Shown in pieces: positions 27,317-40,479 of a stretch of DNA of 64,000 bases. Both the position numbers and the translations under genes were made by a program. The notes under the pieces were generated by a model, which was given only the letters and a program-made list of their open reading frames with translations, had not been told where the DNA came from and made no database searches. Numbering within the stretch: position 1 is the stretch's first letter; each line of letters starts with the position of its first letter. Source of the DNA: Gekko japonicus. Its lineage: Eukaryota. Location: NCBI RefSeq assembly GCF_001447785.1, contig NW_015161511.1, positions 1-64,000 on the forward strand, in the 5' to 3' direction.

Positions 27317-30136
27317 GAGGCGGCAGCAATGGAGGAAAGGGTGTCAGGAAACTGCAGTTCTAGGAGCTTGAGTTTTCAGCTTTTGAAAGTTATCAGTAGA
27401 ACCTAAAAGGACTATGAATCTAGTTCTGTACAGTCAAGTGTCTTAATGTGCTGAAAGGCTGGCATACAAATGGTAGCAATAAATAACTAGCTTTTATTTA
27501 GTAACATCTCTTATGCCATTGGAAAATATCTTTTGAAACTGAAGGATATTTCAAAAACAAGGTTTCAGGTGTGGTGTTTTTTTTTTAAATATAGTATGAG
27601 GTGTGTTGTAAGTCAAACCTCTTGTGCAGAACCTAGGCAGCTTTTGCACCCAATCAGTATTTTGTGTTTACGTAAGCTGTTATTCTTTATTGCAGAAAAT
27701 TGTATATTTTTGATCAGTTTACACTATGTAATTTTAAAGTTTAGTGTTCTGAATCAGGTTGTACAAACAACAGTGTTTCCAAATGTTGCCAAAGGGTAGC
27801 CTTGATTACTCTGTTAATCTAAAAGCTCACTAAAATATGTGCGGTAACAGCTAAATCCTGATCTTCCAGCAGAGGGTGCATCTGGAAATCACCAGAGGCT
27901 GAAAAGTACACTTTGGGCCATTGCTGATACCTGAAAACCAGGAGTAAGCCCCCTGACAGAAGACTTCTATCGTTTGGGCATTTCCAGCCATGCCCCCCCA
28001 CACTTCTATTTTGCCTAGACTATTTTGTGAATATTCACCATCACTCAATAATACATTCTGTGAAAACATTCTCATGGAACCGAATTGTACCACCACAAAC
28101 AAAGGAAAGGAATTATTGCAGAACATCTTGCCAGCTGCACATAATCTCAGCTGTTTTTTCTTGCTTCTTTACTGCCGCTATAAGGGCTGGGCACACCCAG
28201 GGGCTCAAGCCAAAGGGCTCTGGGTCTATGGCTTGCACCTGGGGGCCTACAGGAGCCATCCTTCGAATCAGGACCCACCCAGAATACATTTGTTTTTAAT
28301 ATTTAAATTGTTAATTTAGGCCTCAGAGAAGAAAAGCAGAACACCAATGCAGTACACACTTAGGTTTATTGTGTTTTGCTTTGGGATATGGGTAGCACCC
28401 CAGTGAATGTATTTTGTTAAGAGAGAAAACACGAGTAGCACATAGCTTTCTAATCACAAACGATCACTTCTCCTCTGGACATAGCAGCAGTCAATTCCCC
28501 AGTAAGGATTAATTGGAATGTTTGTTCTAACCAACTTCACTTACTACTGGCCCGGAGAAGTGTGATGGTAAATCTAGTATTGGCCAAAAGGCCCTGGTAA
28601 TATTCCTGCAGCGAAATCTTAAACACATGTTCAAAGAAGCAATTATCTTTAGGAATCAGACAGCCCATGGTCTTTTCATTTTTACATATATGGGAACATT
28701 TTTACCTTTGGTTCTCGGTTGGAGTTTTTAATGTTAATATTTAGTACTGAACCTGTAGATGTAGTTCAGATGTATACAAACTACAGCTACCTTGTCACTT
28801 ATGTAATCTGCTGTTTACCAGAATTATCAGGTTGAAAAGGATCAGATAACCATCAATCCCAAACTTGTGCCCAAGTAAGCAACAGCATCAGTCATTGCTG
28901 AGTGTAATTCATACCTTCCAGATTGCAATTTTATATAGTGCAACAAAAAAAATTAACAAGATTTTTTCCCACTAGGGAAGCTCTTGAAGTGACATTTCTT
29001 TGATATTTGGTTCTTATATTCCTAATTTAACACAGAATCAAAAATAATAGAAAATAGTTGATTTTAGACTATATTTTTAATATTTAAAGCTCTATAAATA
29101 ATCTTCATTATATACACAGGTCTAATTGAATAAAACTCTTCAGTTGTTTTCACTAGATTAAGGATTAGATGGCAATAAAAGATTAGAAACCAAGCAGAAG
29201 ACTTCATGAAGTTATACAAACTCATCTTAAATTATTATTTATTCAATTTATACCCCACCCTATCCCACAAGTGAGATAATACCACAAGTATGAGATAATA
29301 CAAACTATTTTGAATTTTAAAAAGAATGTTAAAAATTACTTTTACATCAGAGGTAATGCTTTGTATAATAATAAAGCAAGGGAGATGTTAAAAGTCTCAA
29401 ATTATATAGTGGTCTATATAATTGGAGAATTTTAACATCTCTGTTGCTTTATTATTTAGCGTATCTGTAAACATCAAAAGTGTGATTAACACCTAAATAC
29501 AAAATTATTTCCAAAGCACAACTACCTAAGTGATGACCCTCTAAAGCAAGCTTAATCTTATGGTGTGTAATAATGCAGTCTGCATACCCTATTCCTAAGA
29601 AATGTGCTGCCACAAAATGTCTTAGAACAATACTGTTTGGACTGTGTTTTTTAATTGCTACAGGAAAACAATCTGTCACTCTTCATTTCATAAACTCAAA
29701 ATATTTAAGTACTGCATGGTTTCTTCTTCTGCATGAGTAAATTTCTTTTTCCTCATAAGAGAACCACCAATCTAGGTTTTTTCTTTCCCAAGTGCCCCAA
29801 AACAAAATGATATAGTCCATTTTCTTAGTACTGCTCTTTTAGATACTTATGAATCCAGTTATAAAAGCAGTCAAAGACCTTTTCTGGCAAGACCAAAATA
29901 CCGAAGTTTGCTATAAAGTAAACTACCAGTACATGAAAACTGAAGTCCTTGATTGGTTTCAGCATGTCATCTGTTCAGCCTGGAACAACAGGTACATTTC
30001 CTTACCACTGCATTTATAACTAAAGGGCAAGAACACTGTGGCAAAGTAACAATTGAAACTGACTCTAAAAGTTTCCTTTCTTTACATCTTCAAAAAATAA
30101 ATAAATCCATCATTAGCAAAAAGACAGACAACTGCT

Positions 30137-30243
30137 TCAAACATTCCATCCGATCCTCTGGAACAAATAGATGGTACCATTTTCCAAAAGTAGTCCACTC
30201 ACAATGGCCAGCAGACAAAGCTTTCGGCTTGTATTCAAGGTAA
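30137..30243 (-). CDS. ARV1: ARV1 coding exon 5 (terminal)
   Basis: Acceptor ttttcttttgcag|TT; encodes (V)TLNTSRKLCLLAIVSGLLLENGTIYLFQRIGWNV*; TGA at 30139-30137. Confidence 0.92.
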
Positions 30244-30362
30244 CTGCAAAAGAAAAGAGAAATGGAATGGGCAACATTCCAGAAGGTTTGCTACAGTGAG
30301 TATAAATGAATTAGTTTGGACAGAATACTATTTCCCGTTAATACTTGAGGCCTATGAATAAT

Positions 30363-30485
30363 GGCTTGGATCCAGTGGAATGTGTCCACAGACGGAAGGT
30401 TTTCTACCCATGGAGCATAACTTTCTCACTTCCCCCCCTCCCACTGCAGTCCAAAATGCCCCCAATGCTCCAGTGGATCCAAGCC
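30363..30485. mobile_element. Small MITE with GGCTTGGATCCA TIRs (relatives at ~32412-32730 and ~38542-38742)
   Basis: ggcttggatccagtgg ... cagtggatccaagcc; superfamily not determined. Confidence 0.5.
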
Positions 30486-30645
30486 AAAGCATACATGATT
30501 TGGAACAGTGTGTAACATCAAAAACTGTTACTAGAGTTTCAAACCTTAACTGATTACTTATGATATTTCTAACATTCCTTTCTCCAAAAAGTAATCAAGG
30601 TTAACTCATTACTGATACGAGAAATCAAGCCCCATTCTTAACCTA

Positions 30646-31060
30646 TCCATATATCTAATAGCCAAGTGGCCCCCGGAGTGCGGATCGCTAAATCAGCGCT
30701 CCGGAGGCACTTCCCGACAACTGTCCTGCCACCGCCAACAGGGCACGAGGGGGCGGGAGAAGGCTTGGGGGTGGCTGTGAGCTTGGTGGCTGTGAGCTGC
30801 TCAGGCCTCACCACCGCTGCAGGGAGGGGGAGAGGGGGAGAGGGGAAGGGGAAGGCTTGGCAGGCCAAGCTCAGGCCTCGCCGCCAGTGCCAGGGGGTAA
30901 GGAGGAAGAAGGCTTGGTAGGCCGGTGGCTGGGAGCCACACGGGCCTCGCCATTGGTGCCAGGGGGCCCCGGGGGAGACGGGGAGAAGGCTCACCTGTGG
31001 CTGCTTCCCCCTCCTCCACATGGAGCTCCCCCCCACGAGTATCGCGGGTCCTCCTTCGTG
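30646..31060 (+). mobile_element. GC-rich insertion, possibly a non-autonomous Helitron-like element
   Basis: Begins atccatatatctaatagcc and has a 3' hairpin cccacga-gta-tcgcggg; abrupt GC-rich block in an AT-rich intron. No TIR or TSD, and the CTRR end is not clean. Confidence 0.35.
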
Positions 31061-31290
31061 TATGACCTATAATCTGAATAACCCCATTTTACAAAAATAT
31101 CTGTTTAAAAAGTTAAGTTTCATAGTCTCTGAAAAGTAAACAATAATCCAGCACGTAGAGCCATCACAGAAAACATTCCAGTATAAGTGAACACATTTTA
31201 ATATTTTTTTTAAATACTTTGTTCTGCTGAGCAAAGCTGTTACAGGAGAACATATCAGGTGGAGTGATCCTGCAGGTATGACAGGCTAAG

Positions 31291-31360
31291 CAGGGGTGGC
31301 CAAACCGTGGCTCAGGAGCCACATGCGGCTCTTTCACACATATTGTGTGGCTCCTGGCAG
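31291..31360 (-). mobile_element. Solo end of hAT family B
   Basis: caggggtggccaaaccgtggctc..gagccacatgcggctctttcacacatattgtgtggctcc is the reverse complement of ~57057-57120. Confidence 0.7.
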
Positions 31361-31962
31361 GGCAGCTGTGGAAGTTGAAGTGGAGGCATGCCTCCCCAAT
31401 CGGTCTTCTCTTCCCCCAATCGGTCTTCCCTTCCCCTCTTATGTTCTTATGTTCTAATGAAATAGGGTCAACTGAACCCCATCACATAAGGATAGTGCAC
31501 CCGCCTCTCATTGGCTTACTGATGATCTCCAACCCCAAATCTATAAATGATCTCCCTCAAATGTTTCACATGAGGATTAAATAGCATCAGAGATAACACA
31601 GAACCCTGGTGGAATCTCATGGGACAGACTCACTCCTGATGATTCCTGATCTCCAACAATAACCTTTAAAATGATTATTAAGCTCAATATTCAGTTGACT
31701 GCTTTAGTTGTAAAGGTAACAAAAGCAATTATTGTTTTCCTTGTTGAACACAACTGAGTTCTTTCACAGCTATTCAGTATATTAATTGTATTATTCATTG
31801 TTACGTAACTTTTAAAGTAAAAGTAGTGAGATTAGAAAATCTACTACATGTAAACCAATCTTAAATTGTGCCAATTTGATGGGAAATGGATCCAAATAGG
31901 ACACCATATAATGAAAAATAGCTGCATATTTGAAAGACAGAATATAACTCTTCCATTCACAT

Positions 31963-32146
31963 GGCCCAGTCTCATCAGAACTTGGAAGTTAAGTGGGGTC
32001 AGCTCCGGGTAGTACTTGCATGGGAAACCACCAAGGCAGTATAGGGTTGCTTTGCAGAGAGGCAGACAATGCCAAACCACCTCTCAACGTCTCTTGCCTT
32101 GAAAACAGGGTTGCCACAGGTCAGTTGCAACTTGATAGCAAAAAAA
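31963..32146 (+). mobile_element. 5S rRNA-derived SINE, decayed
   Basis: gcccagtctcatcagaacttggaagttaag...agtacttgcatgggaaacc...caatgccaaaccacctct...ttgccttgaaaac. Confidence 0.7.
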
Positions 32147-32173
32147 TAAAATCACACGAACACTAGAGAGAAT

Positions 32174-32346
32174 GAACAAAGTTTGAGTCCAGTGGCACCT
32201 TTTAAGACCAACACATTTTAGTCAAGGTATAGGCTTTCGTGTGCAAGCACACTTATACCTTGAATAAAACTTTGTTGGTCTTAAAGGTGCCACTGGACTC
32301 AAACTTTGTTCTGCTGCTTCAGACCATCACGACTACCCCACCTGAA
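32174..32346. mobile_element. Penelope-like element remnant forming an inverted repeat
   Basis: gaacaaagtttgagtccagtggcacctt..aagaccaac / gttggtcttaaaggtgccactggactcaaactttgttc hairpin. Confidence 0.7.
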
Positions 32347-33216
32347 GCAAGAGAGACTGACTTTGATTAGGAAATTTACAACTGTGTTGAATGAGAACAA
32401 CCTACACATTGGGTTGGATCCAGTGAAAAACATTGCAGGAGTTGGTAGATCATTTTCCTGCCTTCCCCACAAAGCCTACTGTTTGCTCTAAAATCATCTT
32501 GGAAGACCAAGAGAGCCGTGTAAACAAAATGTACCACGGTATGGGCTATTGCAGTGATGGGGGGGGGGCAGGATTCTTGGAACAAGAATCAATGATCCTG
32601 CATTGAGCAGTGGGTTGGACTAGATAGCCTGTATGACCCAACTCTGATTCTGTGAAACAACAGACTGCCTGGGGAAGGGGGGGATTGCCCCACATCTCCT
32701 CCTGCAAGCTTTTTGCTGGATCCAACTTATTGGGGGAACCATGAACATCTGAAGGTATATTAGGAAAAAGAAACTGAAAACAGACAATTAGTGCACATGA
32801 GTGGGGGACCCATGAGATTGCAACGGGAGAATCAAACCTAGCCAGGCCGGGGTGGTGGTGGTGAGGTCGGCCATCTGCCCCTATCCACTGCCAACCCCAC
32901 CCACCTACTCCTGCATCCCAGCCACCCAAAGCTTGGGGAGAGATTCACAAAATGAGCACACAGGGAAAGTGTGCAGTTGGCTGGGTGCAGTTGCAGGAAG
33001 ACCTGAGGGTGTAGGAGGTGCCAGTCCAGGAAGCACCAGCCCAGCACACCTGACACCAGGGCAGGGGGAAAAACTCACTGCTCTTCTTCAGGCAAGCACT
33101 GCATGGCTGTTGTGCAGTCTGTCCAGCAGAGAGAGAGCAAGGACAGTGACGGCAGTTCCTGTCCCCCCCAGTTCATGTGGTGGCAGGGGGCAGCCGTGTC
33201 ACATGAACACACCAGG

Positions 33217-33405
33217 ACACATAAAGCTGCCTTATACTGAATCTGACCATTGGTCCATCAAAGTCAGTATTGTTTACTCAGATTGGCAGCAGCTCTCCAG
33301 GGTCTCAGGCAGAGGTCTTTCACATCAACTTTTGCCAGATCTTTTAACTGGAGATGCTGGGCACTGAACCCGAGACCTCCTGCTTACCAAGCAGAAGCTC
33401 TACCA
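33217..33405 (-). mobile_element. Squam2-like SINE
   Basis: aagctgccttatactgaatctgaccattggtccatcaaagtcag...ctgaacccgagacc...gctctacc (tRNA head on the minus strand). Confidence 0.7.
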
Positions 33406-34323
33406 CCTCCCCCAGCCTCCTCTTCCTCACCCTCCTGCACTGCCATCAGCAGAAAGGGAGGCAGCAGTGGCTCCCCGTCCTCTTCACCAGCCTGTCTGCT
33501 CAGGTGGCAGGCGAGGGGGCACTGAGGGACTGCCGCAGCACTCTCCCCTATTCCCCCTCATCTGTCAGATCCAGCAGCCACTCCCTGCTCCTCCTTCCCT
33601 GCCTGCCTAATGCAGAGGTGGGCAGCTATTCCTGCCTTCAAAAATAGCAGATAAGATCTTTGTCTCTAAAGTTAATTTGGCATTTTAAAAAAATGTTCTC
33701 AATTTGTCTGCAAACCTGGGGTATCCCCCCAGTTGGCCTATACTCTGCATGGGGGCCAGGCTCAGAGTTAGATATAGGAGAGAATTCTCCTTGAAATAGC
33801 AGTGATTTTGCTTGGGCTTCCTAAAGACTTGGTAAATAGAGAACACCAAGAACAGATCTGGGATTTATTAACATTCCATTGGCAAAGGACTGAAGAAACA
33901 GATTCCAGGGCACACAGAGTGGCTCAGAGGAGTATCTAATATAATACATGTGAATAAACCCACCTATTATATATATATGTCTCAGGCAAAACCAGTAACA
34001 AATTTTATAACCTACCCACCCCTGGTATTCCTGTTGATCAAAGTTCAGCCATTCATAATATCGGATTATGTTTTCAGCCAATAATGACATTTAAAATATA
34101 ATGTATAGATTCGGGTCAGCTGTTACACACTTCAGTCTCTTTCCACTGGAGTTTACGACTCAGAGAATAAAATTTAAGTTCTCTGCAGTTTTATAGCTTG
34201 ATGCTCAACATGTCAACAGGGGGATGAACCTGGATCAGCTATATGCTATGACTGAAAGAATGTGTCAGACTTTGACCTCTTTCAAAACATAATTATACTA
34301 GTAGTAGAAAATGAGAAAAATAC

Positions 34324-34548
34324 CTCTAATTGCTTGAGAATTTGATGTCAGGACAAATACTTTAATGAGCTTGAGACACAAATGAGTATAGTCATGCTCC
34401 CAAATAACAGCTGGAATCAGCAGAAGTTTTCCGTAACTAGACAGCAGCAGCGCTTTCAGAAGTAAGATGAAATCTGCCTTGGTTTGTAGGACTCTCGGTC
34501 TTGCTAACCACAGAGCAGTGAAGATGCCAATCAAAAAGGCAGTTTGTT
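34324..34548 (-). CDS. ARV1: ARV1 coding exon 4
   Basis: Encodes (E)[16 protein letters not shown]...[49 protein letters not shown]; cag acceptor, gt donor; 225 nt, phase 1-1. Confidence 0.96.
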
Positions 34549-35176
34549 CTGAATGGAAGAGGGATGAAACAAGCTATTTTAAGAACTGAGATTTTAAAGT
34601 GCTCCTTAAATGATCAATTATAAATAAGAAGTCTGTATAATAGTTTAGTATGTATATTCACAAGGTGCTTTTAAAGCAGTTTTGATTGGAAATATGTATC
34701 TTTTGGGGATGGACCATGTACTTAGCAACAAGTATATGAACAGGATCATCCAAAAGTTATGCAAAGACAGAAACAATAATATCTCTAATCTCAATGATAT
34801 CTCTAATTCCTAGGATTCAGAGAACTGCAAAGATTTTTCAGGCTCCTTTGATCCACAGTAGCATTCCATGCTCCCCCAAAAGCCACTTATTGTTCTTTCA
34901 GGGCCCACAAGCACAACAACTGATAACATGCAAAGGATTGTGGTTTGTACTTATACACCATACTTCCAAAACAGCTCAAAGCAATTTACGATTAAAACAA
35001 AGCACAATAACTAAGCAAAATCAGTGGAAGATGAGAGAGTAATAATGAATGAACATTACAACACAGAAATTCTGCATTCGCTATTTAAAGGCATTTCAGA
35101 CAAGTCTAAAACGCATCAAATTACACTCTTAAAAGACTATTTGGCAACAACAACAGCAAATAAACTTCGATCTTAC

Positions 35177-35330
35177 CTAGGGATGCTATTCCAAACATTC
35201 GATAAAAATCCCATTCTTTGGCATATCTAATTAAATCATCAGGGTCCGGGCTTTGGCTTGAATCCTGTAGTTGTAACCACCTGAGATAAGCTTCACAAAG
35301 CAAACAAAATATGCAGAGCTTCCCTTGGAT
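35177..35330 (-). CDS. ARV1: ARV1 coding exon 3
   Basis: Encodes [24 protein letters not shown]...[21 protein letters not shown]; aag acceptor, gtaaga donor; 154 nt. Confidence 0.96.
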
Positions 35331-35646
35331 CTTGGGTATAAAAGAAGGTCATCAGAAGCAGTCACTTCAATTCAAATAGTCTCTTGGCTTATCACCCACA
35401 GCCCACAACCTTATCATCCTTACTTGCAATTGCAATGCACGCTGATTTGCTAGGGTCTATAAGGTTAGCTGTGAATATCCTCTTTTAAAGCCAGTCTTGC
35501 ACTTTTCTCATGTTGGGAAGATGAGGAATGACAGAAGCAGAACAGGTGACCTGTGCATGAAATGCACAGATCAACTTTTCTTCTCTTCCCCCAGAATATC
35601 TAACATTAAGAAAATAATGAATAACTAACATTAAGAAAACAACAGA

Positions 35647-35918
35647 GAAGAAAAAGAGATTGGATTTATACCCCACCCTTCACTACCCAAAGGATTCTCG
35701 GAGCGCCTTACAATCTCTTTTCCCTTCCCCTCCCCACAACAGACACCCTGTGAGGTAGGTGGGGCTGAGAGAGCTCTTTCAAGAACTGCTCTTGAGCAAA
35801 CAGCTCCAAGAGAACTTGTGACTGACCCAAGGTCACACCAGCAGCTGCAGGTGGAGGCGTGGGGAATCAAACCTGGTTCTCCCAGATTAGAATCCACACT
35901 CCTATCCACTACACCAGA
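35647..35918 (-). mobile_element. Squam3-like SINE
   Basis: Same body as 5555-5839 (gagattggatttataccc...ccccacaacagacaccctgtgagg...ccactacacca). Confidence 0.85.
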
Positions 35919-36454
35919 CAGGGGCAGTATAAGAGGTCTTGGGAGCACCTTCTTAAAGTTGCTCTTTCTTCCCCACCTAGGCAAAAAAATCTAATAAATG
36001 TGGGGAATGAAGGAAAAGCAAGTTGCATGTGGACTTGACTGGCTTGCACTAGTTCCTTCCTCTCTTTGCTGACCCTACTGAACCTGAAGTGAGAGATGAG
36101 ACAGCCTGGAATGAAGGGCAGAATCACTAAGCAGGTACAGATGTGGGGAGGGGCTCCAACCCCCAAAGCATACTCTACCTCACTTAGCTGACAGTAATAA
36201 ATGACCTGACTTAAAACAGTTCAAGTGTTTTGCTCTGCTAAGCAGCAACAGGAGGCCACAAAGAACAAATACTCACACAAAGAGTTTAGACTATTCAAAG
36301 GATATCATCAACTTAAGAGAGGCCAGGCTACGATGGCCCTTTTTATGACTATACTGTCAAGCAACTATCTTTTTTCAGTTCAGCACTGAAGAGCACTAAC
36401 AGCAAAGCTTTTTGGAGAAGCAAACGCATTAAGGCAAGCCTATAATAGATCTGA

Positions 36455-36538
36455 CTAGCACTACAGTGGACTAACTTTGTTAATAATGCAACAAGCCTAG
36501 CACTACAGTGGACTAACATTGTTAATAATGCAACAAGC
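36455..36538. repeat. 42-bp tandem duplication
   Basis: ctagcactacagtggactaac(t/a)ttgttaataatgcaacaagc x2, one mismatch. Confidence 0.95.
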
Positions 36539-36987
36539 TGATCACGCAGAACCTAATTCATTTACCTCAATTTCTATTCTGGCCCTTCCCAATGGCTCAA
36601 GGCAGATCACACTTGCATATAAGATACCTAATGAATTTCAAAGTACCCCATGCCTGCTTAATCCTGGATTTCTGTTCAGCCACTGTTAGGATGTGCAGGA
36701 TCTTTTCCCACTCAAAGCAGAACAGAACTGTCCTAACACAAGAAAAGAAAGAAACCCAAAACAAACAACACCCCCCACTCCAGTGTTCAGGTTTCAACAT
36801 GTTAAAGGAATAAGACTACAACTCAAGTCTCTCATGATGATTTTTCACAGACGGAATGGTCTCCTATGAGCACACATATGATCACTGCATCTCTGTATAT
36901 ACACTGCAAAAGTATCCCATGTTACTAGCCTCCAGACAGACGGAAACCATGGGACCACTCCCATTAATTAGCCATCACGGTGTCAGT

Positions 36988-37644
36988 TAGGGGTGTGCAC
37001 AAAAAAAAAATCAATATTTTTCAGGTTCAGATGTACCAAACCCGAAAAATATCGGTATATACCAGTATGGTATCAGTATGATATTGGGAAATAATCAGTA
37101 TTGCCAAATGTATTTGGCTCCATACGTTCCCTTCTCTCCCTCTTTAAATACCTTCCCTCCCTGAGTTGTGCTTGTGGAAGCAGCATGCCTCAATGAGGGA
37201 AGGGAAGGCTTTAAATGCCTTCCCTTCCCTTTCACGTGAGGAACCCAGAAGTGGCATGAGTTCACCCCAAAGGTGGGTGAACTCGCACCGGTTCAGCTGA
37301 GCCTGAATAAAAGCCGAATAATATTGGCTTTTATTCAGGCTCAGTTGTAACCCGAATCAGATTAGAAAATATGATTTGGCTGAATACATAACCTAAAAAT
37401 ACCAATAAGGTATTTTTCTGGTATTTTTGAGTTCACCCCAAAGGTGGGTGAACTCGCACCAGTTCAGCTGAGCCTGAATAAAAGCCAATATTATTCAGCC
37501 AATATTATTCAGCTTTTATTCAGGCTCTGTTGTAACCGAATCAGATTAGAAAATCTGATTTGGCTGAATACATAACCTAAAAATACCAATAAGGTATTTT
37601 TCTGGTATTTTTTTGGCTTGGTATATACTGAGTACACATCCCTA
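36988..37644. mobile_element. hAT non-autonomous element (TIR TAGGG(G/A)TGTG(C/T)AC) with ~171-bp internal tandem duplication
   Basis: taggggtgtgcac / gtacacatcccta; TSD GTGTCAGT/GTGTCTGC (6 of 8 match); 37258-37428 repeated at 37429-37612. Confidence 0.75.
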
Positions 37645-37874
37645 GTGTCTGCTCAACAATTATACATTAAGCTAATATGGTTATGTATGTTATGTGGACA
37701 CAAGAGTAACTTTCAAAAGTCTTTTCATTCTCAAAAAACACCACCCTCATGAAGCAACTTTAAGGAGGTCTCTAGTACACTTATAGGAAGTGGGGGAGGG
37801 ATCAGACTAAATTATTATTTATTACACGTTATTACTTTCACTGACTCAATATCTATGTGTCTTATGATACACTA

Positions 37875-38120
<246 letters not shown>

Positions 38121-38744
38121 TTATCTTCCCATTATGGTTTTCATCTGAAGTCTTCACAAAAGCAAAACACAAACATGAGGAACAGTTTCAAGTTTCACCC
38201 AGCATTAAACTCAGCCATTAAATTCATATACATCAGGAGGCAGAGAAAGCCAGCTATTCACCAACTGCCAGACTCCGAGGAAATGTACTAGCAGCTCATA
38301 AAGTGTTCTTACCGAGACCGTATATTTTGGCTATGTGAAGATGTTTTGATATGATGTGCAAAACAGGCACTTAGAGTTAACTATAACACACGTATTAAAC
38401 AGAGAAGCAGTTGTACGTTTTAGAAAAGGATCCGTGCGAGTTATACAAGTATGGGGGCCATAATTCAATACCGGAAGCACAGCTACATTCTAACCAGCCC
38501 ATGAGAGTGGTTTGTTACAGTAGTAAATAAGGAAATCATAAAGGGTTGGATCCAATGGTAGATTTTCTCAAATACATTACTGCTGAATCCTTCCATCCAC
38601 TGCAGATTCACCCCTCATGCTATCCTTGGGGTTTCCAAGTCCCCCCCAGAAGTGGCATTTTGAGAAGGCTTTTGGGCTGCAGCGAGATGAGGGAGGCAAG
38701 GAAGTGCCATTCTAATGATGGGAATGATGGCCCTGGATCCAATG

Positions 38745-39100
38745 CACTGGTTGGAATTATTAGGAAAGGGACTGAAAACAAGACAGCAAGTACTATACCT
38801 CCATTATATAAACCTACAATGTCCACACATGTAGAATACTGTGCACAGTTCCTGACGCCTGGTTTCAGAAAGGCTTAAAAAGGGATGGAGAAGATATAGC
38901 AAAGGGGGAATGACATGATCAGGGGATTGGAGCATCTTCCTTACAAAGAAAAATGTCAGAAAGAATTTTCAGTGTAGAAATTGGACTAGTAAGGGTAGGC
39001 TTATAAAGGTGCATGTAGGCTACAGAAACTGTAAGAAGATTCCTTAAAACAAAACAAAACTTAGGATTGTTCAGAAAAACTGATTGCCAGCATTCATAAA
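38745..39100 (+). mobile_element. Old CR1 ORF2 C-terminal fragment
   Basis: GIIRKGTENKTASTIPPLYK..M..HVEYCAQF resembles the CR1 motif LYKSMVRPHLEYCVQFWSP. Confidence 0.7.
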
Positions 39101-40249
39101 CAGTCGGCAGACTGCTAGCACTGATCAGAAATTTAATTTTGGTGACCAGCAGGCAAATTTCAAGAATACTCGATTTTTAAAAAGTAACCAATGAAATAAA
39201 TAGGCGGAGTGCTTCTATAAGTACAGTAATGGTTCTTGTAAAAAATCTGCATACTAGACATTCTGGGTTAATAAAAACTTCTCTTTAAGTATTTGATTCA
39301 TTCCAAGAGAGAAAATATGTCATAGTAACTTTAGCCAACATTCTCCAAAATTTCCAACTTTTACATGAGAAAATGTTTTTAAAAGCTCTTGAATGTTTTT
39401 AAATTTTTCCATTTCCCCCCAGGTATTCCCCTCACCTGGAAACCCTTCCATGCCAGGCAACAGGTACAAAATACAGAAAGATGGTGCTTCTATATCTGAT
39501 AAAAGCAGAAAGCCACTAGAACTGATGGCTACTAAAACCCAGCCAAAACTTTTAGACCACTGTTCATTGCCATTAGGTTTAGAACAAAGAAAAGAGTATC
39601 TTCTTTCCTAGTAAGGTTATAAACTTACCACAATACATAATGAAAACCACTAACTTAGACAACCACAAATAAACAGTCATCTCATTATTTTGAGCAATCT
39701 GTACTCACAGACAGGGTCTTGCTCACTCAGAGTTCACAGCTGAAACTGTATAGCTGGACAAATTCAAACCCATGACTACAGTGCAATGAACATTAACTGG
39801 AGTAATACCTCTTTTTTGATCCTACAAAGATATTTCATTTGCTTATATATTAATATCAGATCCAAAAATAACTTCCAAGTCTCACAAAGAAAATGGCATG
39901 AATCAGCATCAAGGAAAACACCAACTGGATCAACAGCAATAACCATGTTCCTACACAATGTAAGCAGATTGCCAACCATTTTTATGCATGTAAATACCCT
40001 CGCTGCCACTTTCAAGGGCAGTCTTGCTGAGGAAACATAGCGAGGGCTATAAAAGATGACCTCCATTTTAGTTTTTATAACAGGAACAGAAGTTTTACTG
40101 GATGGAGGATAATAAACTCCATTTGGAGGACAATTTGTCATTGGAGAGAAAGAGCTGCGGTTAAAACTTGTTTTATTCCTTCCCACTGCAGCTGCTTCTC
40201 TCCTCCTCTCCCAGCAACCATCCCAGGTGCTTATTATCATTCATAAAAA

Positions 40250-40465
40250 TATAATTCTCCTCCTGTTTTAAGGATGCTTGATATACAAATTCCAAAGCAG
40301 CCCAACAAAGAGCCCATTGCAGTAATATGCTTGTTTTGACTAGAATATGAATGACTGTAGCCAGCTCTAGTTTTTATATGAAGGGATGCAGCTTGTGAAC
40401 CAAATGAAGTTGATTAATGCAACAAATGAAACTTGAACATCCATCTGGAGATGTGGATCCAATAG
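40250..40465 (-). mobile_element. Old L2-like LINE fragment
   Basis: Minus strand gives LATVIH...YYCNGLFVGL, resembling the L2 motif ATVIHALVTSRLDYCNALYVGLP; may extend left to ~39780. Confidence 0.45.
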
Positions 40466-40479
40466 CAGCTCCACTTACT

